A DNA stretch of 20,000 nt from an uncultured Methanosarcinales archaeon (GCA_964630685.1 CAZVVW010000005.1:51796-71795), one strand, 5' to 3'; counted from the stretch's first letter, positions 8,896 to 16,912 are shown. Notes: a model not told the origin generated them from the letters alone. Made by a program: numbers and translations.

Positions 8896-9459
8896 CTATT
8901 TTTGAGATACTATCTTCTTAGAAACTGATTCATTGATTTTTACAATGTTCTTTTTTGCTTGGAGCTCTCTGAATTGAGGGCTTAATCTTAAGTAAACTTC
9001 TTTATCCAGGTATTTTTTGTAGATAGGTATTCCTTTTTCAATAAGATTTGTAATATAGTTTTGAACTAAAGGGGGTGTTATACACAAAAACTTAGCGATT
9101 TTTGAGTAAGTAACTGGCTCTTGTTCTTGCTCTAATGTATAAAAGGTTAGAAAAATTTCTTGTTCTTTTCTCGTCAGAGGGGTTATTTTAAACTTAATTT
9201 TTTTGTGTTTTGATGTTTTTTTTCCGAGATGCTGAATAAACATCATCACTTCATCTAATTTCTCATTTAATTTATCTATTTTAGAATCTAATTCATATAA
9301 ATATTCATAATTAGAATGGATTTCATTTGTATTTTCGTTTATAGCGTCGAGGTGTTCTTCAAATTCGTCTTTGATTTTATCAAAAGTTGCCTTTAATTTT
9401 TTGTTTAATCGTTCTTTTTCTCGACGAGAAACTTGATTTTTTAAATTTTTGTTTACCAT
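8896..9459 (-). CDS. Uncharacterised N-terminal coiled-coil + C-terminal winged-helix DNA-binding protein
   Basis: Heptad-rich N-half; PLTRKEQEIFLTFY...VTYSKIAKFLCITPPLVQNYITNLIEKGIPIYKKY resembles wHTH with wing; ATG 9459 preferred over TTG 9477. Confidence 0.75.
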   Translation of the reverse strand: MVNKNLKNQVSRREKERLNKKLKATFDKIKDEFEEHLDAINENTNEIHSNYEYLYELDSKIDKLNEKLDEVMMFIQHLGKKTSKHKKIKFKITPLTRKEQEIFLTFYTLEQEQEPVTYSKIAKFLCITPPLVQNYITNLIEKGIPIYKKYLDKEVYLRLSPQFRELQAKKNIVKINESVSKKIVSQK

Positions 9460-9505
9460 ATCCCAACAAGACAACAAAGAAAGAGGAGATTTAAATAGTT
9501 TTCTA

Positions 9506-10156
9506 CTAAACTCTTTTAATTAATTTACTGAGGTATAATTTTTCGTTTCCTTGCCTTACAACATCGACGTGATCTGATTCTTCTATCTCTGTAAGAATAC
9601 GGTAAAAAGAACTCTTTGAGCATAATCCTTGTTCATCTACAACTATTTCTCTTAATTTTAAAGAGGAAATATTTTCATATTTCTGGATTAATGAAAAAAC
9701 TAGGTTTTTTACATACCCTTTAGAATTTCTAGTTATTTTTTGAATTAATTTTTCTTTAAATGATGGCTTTGGAGGGTTCCCTATTTGTTCTATTTTTGAG
9801 TGTAATTCATGGATTTTGTCGTGCATAGGCTGATGTGAATCCATGATAGTGTTAATCTGTTGATCAAAGCTCTTTATCCTGTTTAATAATTCTTTGAATG
9901 CATAATGATCGTCGAGAATTTCCCTTATTTCATGTTTTGATAAAGGAGATGTCGATATTTTTTCATGAAGATGTTGAAGAAGCCTTTGTTGGTTTGCCAT
10001 TATTTTTTCTTGTTCTTGATGTTTAAGATGAAAATAATTGATCCATTCAAAAATATTGGATGTATGGGATTTTACATTATTAAAAGAATCTGCCAATGTA
10101 GAATGGAGCGAATGAATATCTTCTTTTGTTGCGTATTTCTTTTTAGACCAAAACAT
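9506..10156 (-). CDS. Uncharacterised His-rich coiled-coil + C-terminal winged-helix protein
   Basis: Helical N-half; KLREIVVDEQGLCSKSSFYRILTEIEESDHVDVVRQGNEKLY resembles wHTH (S..SFYR recognition helix plus beta wing). Confidence 0.75.
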   Translation of the reverse strand: MFWSKKKYATKEDIHSLHSTLADSFNNVKSHTSNIFEWINYFHLKHQEQEKIMANQQRLLQHLHEKISTSPLSKHEIREILDDHYAFKELLNRIKSFDQQINTIMDSHQPMHDKIHELHSKIEQIGNPPKPSFKEKLIQKITRNSKGYVKNLVFSLIQKYENISSLKLREIVVDEQGLCSKSSFYRILTEIEESDHVDVVRQGNEKLYLSKLIKRV

Positions 10157-10181
10157 TATTTTTGTAATAAAAGCATTCTCA

Positions 10182-10189
10182 TATATAAA
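10182..10189 (-). promoter_or_regulatory. Probable TATA box of the two-gene wHTH operon (near-leaderless transcript)
   Basis: Minus-strand TTTATATA about 25 bp upstream of ATG 10156; its BRE position overlaps the first TGGGAA box. Confidence 0.6.
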
Positions 10190-10193
10190 TTTT

Positions 10194-10432
10194 TGGGAAT
10201 GTTTTGGGAATATGTTGGGAAAAATGTGGGAATGTTTTGGGCTTTGAAGTTGCTAAAAATGATGTGTTGAGGGCGTATTGGTTTTTTTGATGGGAATGGA
10301 GTGGGAACGTATTGGGAATAGTTTGGGAATAGGGTGGGAATGTTTTGGGAATAGAAATATTGGGGTTTATAGAGGAGAAAATAGGCTGGGAATGTGGGAA
10401 TCTTTGAGAATAAAGTGGGAATTGGAGGGGAA
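10194..10432 (+). repeat. Helically phased array of TGGGAA boxes (iteron/centromere-like)
   Basis: Exact TGGGAA starts at 10194, 10205, 10216, 10227, 10291, 10302, 10313, 10324, 10335, 10346, 10387, 10395, 10416; in-phase variants at 10238, 10405, 10427; 5-nt spacers vary. Confidence 0.9.
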
Positions 10433-10576
10433 TTAAGAAGTTTATAGGTATAGTGAGGGTAAAAGTTATATATCAGTGATGTTCTTGAATGCTGTAAATG
10501 AATATGGCATAAATATGGTGATGATATCCATTATTTAAAAAAATTTAAGTTAAAAGTGAGAGTTTATGGAGGGGAG

Positions 10577-10620
10577 TATAAGGTAGATATAAGGTAAATA
10601 TGAGGCAGATATAACATATA
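10577..10620 (+). repeat. Degenerate 11-bp tandem repeat (TATAAGGTAGA) x3-4
   Basis: TATAAGGTAGA / TATAAGGTAAA / TATGAGGCAGA / TATAACATATA. Confidence 0.65.
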
Positions 10621-10621
10621 T

Positions 10622-11272
10622 ATGACAAATATAAGATCTAAAGGGGAATTAGCAGTGTTTTTAGCTAGTTTAAAGGGGTTTAAGAAGCCAAAAGTGAGAC
10701 TTGAACAATATATTATGGATAGTGAAATAGGTGCTCAAGTGCTTTGGGAAGCCTATATGAAGGGAGATATAGAGGGAAAAGTGATAGCTGACCTTGGTTG
10801 TGGTACTGGTTTATTGGGTATTGGGGCGTTATTATTGGGTGCTAAGAAGGTTTTTCTCGTCGATATTGATGATTCTGCTATTGAAGTGGCTAAAACTAAC
10901 CTTGCTAAAGTCAAAAGTGAGGGTTATGGGAATTATATGATTGGTGAATCCATCTTTTTAATGTGTGGTGTGGCAGGGTTTGATGAGTCTGTTGATGTTA
11001 TTATACAAAATCCTCCTTTTGGAGTCAAAGTGAGGGGGGCTGATAGGGCATTTCTTAAGAAATCCATGAGTGTTGCAGATGTTGTGTATAGTTTTCACAA
11101 AAGTGAGAGTAATGAGTTCATTAAAAAGTGTTCTAATGATGGAGGGTTTAGTGTTGAAGGTTATTGGGAATTTGATTATCCAATAAAAGCTATGCATGAA
11201 TTCCATACTCGGAGAATTTATAGGTTTAGGGTTGGGTGCTGGCGATTGGTAAGAAAAAGAGTGAAGTGTTGA
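10622..11272 (+). CDS. METTL5-like (COG2263) N6-adenine RNA methyltransferase
   Basis: LEQY, DLGCGTG SAM motif, VDID, NPPFG, VVYSFH, EFHTRR. Confidence 0.9.
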   Translation: MTNIRSKGELAVFLASLKGFKKPKVRLEQYIMDSEIGAQVLWEAYMKGDIEGKVIADLGCGTGLLGIGALLLGAKKVFLVDIDDSAIEVAKTNLAKVKSEGYGNYMIGESIFLMCGVAGFDESVDVIIQNPPFGVKVRGADRAFLKKSMSVADVVYSFHKSESNEFIKKCSNDGGFSVEGYWEFDYPIKAMHEFHTRRIYRFRVGCWRLVRKRVKC

Positions 11273-11328
11273 GTGGAGTGTTGAGTGGAGTGTTGAGTGG
11301 AGTGTTGAGTGGAGTGTTGAGTGAAGTG
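11259..11328 (+). repeat. 12-bp tandem repeat (GAGTGGAGTGTT) about 5.8 copies, spanning the MTase stop codon
   Basis: Four perfect internal copies at 11271-11318 flanked by GAGTGAAGTG variants. Confidence 0.92.
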
Positions 11329-11378
11329 GCCTAATTAGTAAGTTTTATAAATAAAGGATTGTTTTTTGCTAAAGTAAA

Positions 11379-11654
11379 ATGGAAGTTAAAATTATTGAGG
11401 AGAAAAAGAATAGGATTGTATTGGAGATAGAAGGTGTTGGTCATGGTTTCTGCAATGCATTAGTCAAAGAATTATACAATGATAAAGATACTAAATCTGC
11501 TGGATATCATATTGATCATCCATTGGTTGGAGTTCCTAAATTTATTGTCGAGAGTAAAAGCGATGCTAGAAAAGCAGTGATGAATGCTATCAAAAGATTA
11601 AAAAAAGTTACTGATTCTTTTAAAAAAGAAGTTGTTAAGTCTATAAAAAAATGA
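11379..11654 (+). CDS. rpoL: DNA-directed RNA polymerase subunit L (Rpo11)
   Basis: EIEGVGHGFCNAL...AGYHIDHPL pattern; typical size. Confidence 0.9.
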   Translation: MEVKIIEEKKNRIVLEIEGVGHGFCNALVKELYNDKDTKSAGYHIDHPLVGVPKFIVESKSDARKAVMNAIKRLKKVTDSFKKEVVKSIKK

Positions 11655-12223
11655 TTGATTCTGCCAAGGAATTGGTGAATTTAGTTAAAGGAGTTATAGG
11701 GGCGCGTTTTTCTGGAAAAGATTTTAATGTTAATAATGAATTGAAAGAGAAGTTTTCTGATAAGTTAGGGGTGTTTGTTACACTCAATGAAATGACTGGT
11801 GAAGAAGAAAATCTTCGTGGGTGTATTGGATTTATTGAACCTGTTTTTCCCCTGTGGGAAGGTGTTGTTAAAGGCGCTGAAGCTGCTGCTTTCGAGGATC
11901 CAAGATTTGTGCCGTTAGATAAAAGGGAATGGAAGGATATTAAAATTGAGATTTCTGTTTTGACTAAACCTGAATTAATTGAGGTTGATGAATCTGTTGG
12001 AGCCAGTGATTATCTGAATAAGATTAAAGTTGGCGAAGATGGGTTGATTGTTGAGTGCGGAATGTATAAAGGATTATTGTTGCCTAGGGTTGCTGAAGAA
12101 TATGGTTGGGATAGTGAAGAATTCTTAAAACAGACATGCCATAAAGCAGGGCTTGAGTTTGATGCTTGGAGAAATGATGATGTGAAAGTGTATAAGTTCC
12201 AGGCAGAAATAATAAAAGAATGA
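11651..12223 (+). CDS. AMMECR1 / AmmeMemoRadiSam protein A family
   Basis: GVFVTL, LRGCIG, AAFEDPRF, IEISVLT, GLLLP, FLKQTCHKAG. Confidence 0.93.
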   Translation: MIDSAKELVNLVKGVIGARFSGKDFNVNNELKEKFSDKLGVFVTLNEMTGEEENLRGCIGFIEPVFPLWEGVVKGAEAAAFEDPRFVPLDKREWKDIKIEISVLTKPELIEVDESVGASDYLNKIKVGEDGLIVECGMYKGLLLPRVAEEYGWDSEEFLKQTCHKAGLEFDAWRNDDVKVYKFQAEIIKE

Positions 12224-12304
12224 TAAGATCTGATGGGGAGAGATATATTTTTCCTAAAAAGTGTTTTAGAAAAGCTTATATATTGATGGTGCCTAACTTT
12301 TTCC

Positions 12305-12880
12305 ATGTTTCTGAGGAAAAAGAAGGTGAAAGATAAGCACTATTTGTACGCTGTAGAAAATAAATGGAAAAAAGGAAAAGGGGTTAAACAGAAGGTAAAA
12401 AAATACCTTGGTAGAGTGCATAAATTTAGAGAACCTGCGAGTAAAAAAATTGGATTTAGAGATTTCTTAGAGATGCATTATAGTGTTGAGTTGGGGGGGT
12501 ATCTCGATGAGACTGAATCTCGACAGATTATTTCTGATTTAGTAAAATGGGAACTTTACAAAAAAGGGTTTGGATTTGACGGGAATAAAGGGAAAGTTAT
12601 GAAGCGGAAAAAAGAAAGTGTTGTTGTGAACTTGGATAAAACTCGGAAGATGCTGTGTTATAATGGACGTTCGTTTGCTATTGAATCTAATGAAGGGTAT
12701 ATTAATAATTTAAGTGTTACTACACTTATTAATTATAAATTGAAAGATAATGGAAAATGGGAAGGTGATTTGGACAAGCGTGCTGTGGGGCTGAAGCTGG
12801 CTAGAATGTTTGTTGATGGAGGGATTAAAATTCCTGATGAAGTGTTTGTGGCTGTGTTTGAGAAAAAATTCTTAGAGTAA
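12305..12880 (+). CDS. Hypothetical protein with basic N-terminal domain resembling the N-terminus of IS1634-family transposases
   Basis: MFLRKKKVKDKHYLYAVENKWKKGKGVKQKVKKYLGRV; BRE/TATA (GAAAAGCTTATATA) about 25 nt upstream; no DDE domain apparent. Confidence 0.6.
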   Translation: MFLRKKKVKDKHYLYAVENKWKKGKGVKQKVKKYLGRVHKFREPASKKIGFRDFLEMHYSVELGGYLDETESRQIISDLVKWELYKKGFGFDGNKGKVMKRKKESVVVNLDKTRKMLCYNGRSFAIESNEGYINNLSVTTLINYKLKDNGKWEGDLDKRAVGLKLARMFVDGGIKIPDEVFVAVFEKKFLE

Positions 12881-12936
12881 TTTTAAATCACTTTAGTAGC
12901 AAAACTTTTATATAATAATTGTTGTTGTTGATTCTC

Positions 12937-13671
12937 ATGAATGAAGAAACCAATAAAGCTGATAAAAAAAATAATGTTGATGTTCCAAAACATATTGCTG
13001 TGATATTGGATGGTAATAGAAGGTATGCCAAACGGCTTATGCTACAGCCGTGGAAAGGTCATGAGGTTGGGACTAAAAATTTGGAGAGGTTGCTTGGGTG
13101 GTGTAAAGAGTTAGGGGTTAAAGAGTTAACACTTTATGCGTTTTCTATGCAAAATTTTAATCGTCCTAAAGAAGAATTTGATTTTCTGATGAAAATATTT
13201 AATGATGAGTTTGATAGATTGCTAAATGAGGAGAGTCTGCATAAAGATAAAGTAAAAGTCAGAGTTATTGGTAGGATTGAGCACTTTCCTGCTGAATTAT
13301 ATGAAAAAATGAAAAAAGTGATGGAAATGACTAAAGATTATGATAATTATATTGTTAATTTTGCAATGGCTTATGGTGGAAGGGAAGAAATAGTTGATGC
13401 TGTTAAGGTGATTGCAAAAAAAGTTGTGTCTGGTGAAATTGATGTTGAGGATATCAATCAAGAAAGTTTTGGTGATGCACTCTATATGAATGATGCGCCT
13501 GAATTAATTATAAGAACTGGTGGTGAAATGAGGACTTCTAACTTTTTACCTTGGCAGAGCACTTATTCTGAATGGTTTTTTGTTAAAGAGATGTGGCCAG
13601 AATTTACTAAAGATAATTTGATTGCTGTTTTTGAAAAATTTAATAAAAGACACAGAAGATTTGGTAAGTAA
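12937..13671 (+). CDS. uppS: cis-prenyltransferase (polyprenyl diphosphate synthase)
   Basis: PKHIAVILDGNRRYA, LYAFSMQNFNRP, YGGREEI, IRTGGEMRTSNFLPWQ, C-terminal RRFGK. Confidence 0.96.
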   Translation: MNEETNKADKKNNVDVPKHIAVILDGNRRYAKRLMLQPWKGHEVGTKNLERLLGWCKELGVKELTLYAFSMQNFNRPKEEFDFLMKIFNDEFDRLLNEESLHKDKVKVRVIGRIEHFPAELYEKMKKVMEMTKDYDNYIVNFAMAYGGREEIVDAVKVIAKKVVSGEIDVEDINQESFGDALYMNDAPELIIRTGGEMRTSNFLPWQSTYSEWFFVKEMWPEFTKDNLIAVFEKFNKRHRRFGK

Positions 13672-13766
13672 CCGAATCCTCAGTAATTTTTTAATAAAAA
13701 TCAAAGAAGATTTGGTAAGTAACCGAATCCTCAGTAATTTTTTAATAAAAATCAAAGAAGATTTGG
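13654..13766 (+). repeat. 51-bp exact tandem duplication (about 2.2 copies) spanning the uppS stop codon
   Basis: Unit AGAAGATTTGGTAAGTAACCGAATCCTCAGTAATTTTTTAATAAAAATCAA at 13654 and 13705; partial at 13756. Confidence 0.92.
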
Positions 13767-13858
13767 AAAATAATAGTTTATTGATTGATTTTTGGATGGT
13801 TTTTAGTTAATTTTTTATATTTCTTAATTAATAGATATAATGAGGTTAACTATATATT

Positions 13859-14554
13859 ATGAAAAAAGAAGATTTTCTTAAAGAAGCTCATGCGATTGAA
13901 GGGCAGTTGAAAGGTGAAAGAGAAGAGTTGAAGAAAGAAAAAAGTGCTCTTTGGTATATTCTTGCTGTGTTTCTTGCGCTAATAGTTGTTTCTATGATTA
14001 TTCCTTATTATGGCATAAAATTAGATCCAGAACCTAATTATATTGCTAAACTTGGAGAGGTTTTACCTGAAGGTGTGGTAATTGGTAATGAAAGTCATGG
14101 AATTGATAAGAAAAAAGATTTTTTGAGGTTTTTGGATTCTGGCGATGTTGTTGTAAAACAGATTGCTGATAGTGTTGTTAGTAAAAGTGGATGTATGGGG
14201 CATAAAGTGTGCTATGCTAAGGCATTATTTTATTTTGTTAAAGATAAGGATAATTTGAATTATATCAATGATCCTCCTGATGAATATGTAAAGACAGCTA
14301 AAGAGACTTTAAAGAGTGGTGGTGGAGATTGTGATGATTTTTCTGTGTTATTGGCTAATTTATTGCAGGCTGTAGGAATTAGCACCAGATTTGTGTTTGT
14401 GCCTGGCCATGTTTATGTTGAAGCATACCTTCCTGAAGCAATTGGAAAGTATAAGTCAGAAGGAGAATGGGTTTCAATGGATTCTACTTGTGAATATTGT
14501 GAATTTGGTGAGATTTCTATAAGTAGCTCAAATAAAGAAAAAGTGTATGTTTGA
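13859..14554 (+). CDS. Membrane-anchored transglutaminase-like (Cys protease fold) protein
   Basis: TM helix near N-terminus; GDCDDFSVLLANLL, GHVYVE, MDST give a Cys-His-Asp triad. Confidence 0.85.
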   Translation: MKKEDFLKEAHAIEGQLKGEREELKKEKSALWYILAVFLALIVVSMIIPYYGIKLDPEPNYIAKLGEVLPEGVVIGNESHGIDKKKDFLRFLDSGDVVVKQIADSVVSKSGCMGHKVCYAKALFYFVKDKDNLNYINDPPDEYVKTAKETLKSGGGDCDDFSVLLANLLQAVGISTRFVFVPGHVYVEAYLPEAIGKYKSEGEWVSMDSTCEYCEFGEISISSSNKEKVYV

Positions 14555-14701
14555 TGTGGTTGATTTTAGTTGATATATGTTTAATAGTTAAATTTATAAA
14601 TGAACAGAGGTTTTTTGATTAAATTGGGATGTATTTTATGTATTCTACATAAGATAACATGGTTCCCGTTTGACTATCTTTATTGGATAGGAGGGTAGAT
14701 A

Positions 14702-15517
14702 ATGAGAAAAGAAGACATATTAAAAGCTCTTAAAGAAGCTAAAGAAAAAGCTAATAAGAGAAATTTTAAACAAAAGTTTGATCTAATTATAAATATAAAA
14801 CATTTAAACTTAAAGAAATCTGACAATCAATTTGATGACTTTGTTGAACTTCACCATTCTAGGGGGAAAGAAACTAAAGTTTGTGCTTTAGTTGGACCTG
14901 AATTAGATAGTGAAGCTAAAAAAGTATGTACTAAATCAATTAGACAAGATGGATTTTCTAAATTAAGTAAAAAAGAATTGAAAAAAATTGGAAAGGAATA
15001 TGATTATTTTATCGCTCAAGCAAATATAATGCCTCAAGTAGCTAGTGCTTTTGGGCAAGTGCTTGGACCTCGGGGAAAGATGCCTAATCCCAAAGTTGGA
15101 TGTGTTGTACCTCCAAAAGCAAGTTTGGGTCTTTTATACAACAAATTACAAAAAACTGTAAAATTAAGCACTAAAAAAGGAGGAAGTGTAAAAACCATTA
15201 TTGGTAATGAAGATATGGATGCTGAAGATATTACAGATAATATTCTAACTGCCTATAATCATTTTTTAACCATCTTGCCAACTGGAAAACATAATGTTTC
15301 TGAAGTTCTTGTTAAAATGACTATGGGTCCTGCTATCAAAATTATTGGTGGTGGTGAAGGTAAAGGTGGAAAAGCTGTAAAATCTAAAAAAGTAGAAGAT
15401 AATAAAGAATATGTTTCTAAATCAACTGAAAAACCAGTAGAATCTGAAGAACCAAAAGTAGACTTAGAAAAATCTAAAGAAGATAAAAAAGAAACAAAGG
15501 GAGCTGATGAAGAATGA
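14702..15517 (+). CDS. rpl1: 50S ribosomal protein L1 with KE-rich tail
   Basis: RNFKQKFDLIIN, YDYFIAQANIMP, LGPRGKMPNP, KMTMGP. Confidence 0.96.
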   Translation: MRKEDILKALKEAKEKANKRNFKQKFDLIINIKHLNLKKSDNQFDDFVELHHSRGKETKVCALVGPELDSEAKKVCTKSIRQDGFSKLSKKELKKIGKEYDYFIAQANIMPQVASAFGQVLGPRGKMPNPKVGCVVPPKASLGLLYNKLQKTVKLSTKKGGSVKTIIGNEDMDAEDITDNILTAYNHFLTILPTGKHNVSEVLVKMTMGPAIKIIGGGEGKGGKAVKSKKVEDNKEYVSKSTEKPVESEEPKVDLEKSKEDKKETKGADEE

Positions 15518-16500
15518 ATCCAAAGGCCCATGTTTCAGAAGCTAAAAAAATTGTTGTAGCTAATCTAATTAAATTAATTAAAGAAAATCCTATAATTGGT
15601 GTTGTTAATATGGAAAATCTTCCTGCAAAACAATTGCAAAAAATAAGTGCAAAATTAAGGGAGAATGTTGTGTTAACTATGACTAAGAAGAGGTTGATGA
15701 AGTTAGCATTTGAAAAAACACAAGATGATAAAAAAGATATTATGAAATTAGTGGATTACTTGAAAGGTATGCCTGCTTTACTATTTACTAAACAAGATCC
15801 TTTTGGATTATTCAAAACTTTAAAGAAAAACAAGTCATTTGCTCCTGCTAAGGCTGGACAAATAGCTCCTTGTGATCTTTCTCTTAAAGCTGGACCAACA
15901 CCTTTTGCACCAGGGCCCATTATTGGTGAATTGGGTGCTATGGGATTAAAAACTAAAGTTGAAGATAATAAAATCCAAATTATTGAAAATAAAGTTGTTG
16001 TTAAAGAAGGAGAAGAAGTCCAAGCAAATGTTGCTGGAATCTTATCTAGACTTGGAGTAAAACCTGTTGAAATTGGTCTTGAATTAGTTGCTGTTTATGA
16101 AAATGGCGATATATTAACTAAAGATGTACTTGATATTGATGAAGAAGCTTATCTCAATGAGATGAAGTCAGCTCACAGTGAAGCATTTAAACTTGCGGTT
16201 GAACTAAATTATCCTATTGAAGAAGTTATTGCTATTGTGCTTCCAAAAATTCATGGTGAAGCACGTACTTTGGCTTTAGAACAAGATATTTTAACTAATG
16301 AAACTAGTGAAGATATTTTGAAAAAAGCTGAATCTGGTGCTCTGAAATTAAAAGGAAATGTTCCTGAAGATGCTCCTGTTGTAGAGGAGAAAAAGGGCGA
16401 AGAAGTAAAGGAAAACGTAAAGGAAGAGTCAGAAGCTGAAGAGAAGAAAGAAGAAGTAGAAGCTGAACCTAAAGAAGAAGTGAAGGAATCAAGTTCATAA
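15514..16500 (+). CDS. rpl10: 50S ribosomal protein L10 (P0)
   Basis: APAKAGQIAP, GPTPFAPGPIIGELGAMG, acidic tail; L1-L10-L12 order. Confidence 0.96.
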   Translation: MNPKAHVSEAKKIVVANLIKLIKENPIIGVVNMENLPAKQLQKISAKLRENVVLTMTKKRLMKLAFEKTQDDKKDIMKLVDYLKGMPALLFTKQDPFGLFKTLKKNKSFAPAKAGQIAPCDLSLKAGPTPFAPGPIIGELGAMGLKTKVEDNKIQIIENKVVVKEGEEVQANVAGILSRLGVKPVEIGLELVAVYENGDILTKDVLDIDEEAYLNEMKSAHSEAFKLAVELNYPIEEVIAIVLPKIHGEARTLALEQDILTNETSEDILKKAESGALKLKGNVPEDAPVVEEKKGEEVKENVKEESEAEEKKEEVEAEPKEEVKESSS

Positions 16501-16594
16501 TTTAAAAAATAACTTATGGAGGTATAGATCAAGAAGACTCATTTCATTTGTCTTCAAGGTTTATTCCCCCATCAAAACATTGGAGGTAAAAAAC

Positions 16595-16909
16595 ATGGAA
16601 TATATGTATGCAGCAATGCTTTTGCACAAAGCAGGAAGTGAGATTAATGAAGCTAATCTTACTAAAGTGTTGGATGCGGCAGGAGTTAAAGCAGACAAAG
16701 CAAAAGTTACTGTTGTTGTCAATGCTCTGAAAGGCGTAGATGTCGAGAAAGTATTGAAAGAAGCTACAGTGGCTCCAGTTGCAGCAGCAGCTCCAGCAGC
16801 AGCAGAAGCAAGCGGAGAAACAAAAAGCGAAGAACCTAAAGCTGAAGAGAAGAAAGAAGAAGTGAATGAAGAACAAGCAGCTGAGGGATTAGGAGCTTTA
16901 TTTGGGTAA
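16595..16909 (+). CDS. rpl12: 50S ribosomal protein L12 (aP1)
   Basis: MEYMYAAMLLH start, Ala-rich hinge, GLGALFG C-terminus; GGAGGT SD before ATG 16595. Confidence 0.97.
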   Translation: MEYMYAAMLLHKAGSEINEANLTKVLDAAGVKADKAKVTVVVNALKGVDVEKVLKEATVAPVAAAAPAAAEASGETKSEEPKAEEKKEEVNEEQAAEGLGALFG

Positions 16910-16912
16910 ACC

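Noticed and set aside
9965..10270. 101-aa + strand ORF
   Set aside because: Antisense to the wHTH gene and runs through the repeat array; composition is not protein-like.
10194..10432. CRISPR array
   Set aside because: Repeat is only 6 bp with 5-nt spacers; no 25-45 bp repeat/spacer structure and no cas genes.
7386..10621. Canonical Orc1/Cdc6 origin with ORB elements
   Set aside because: No ORB consensus (TCCA-N-TGGAA plus G-string) and no cdc6 gene seen; a non-canonical origin remains possible.
13654..13766. Mini-CRISPR
   Set aside because: Units are identical head-to-tail with no unique spacers.
13546..13810. Short ORFs on both strands with repeated peptides
   Set aside because: By-products of the 51-bp duplication.
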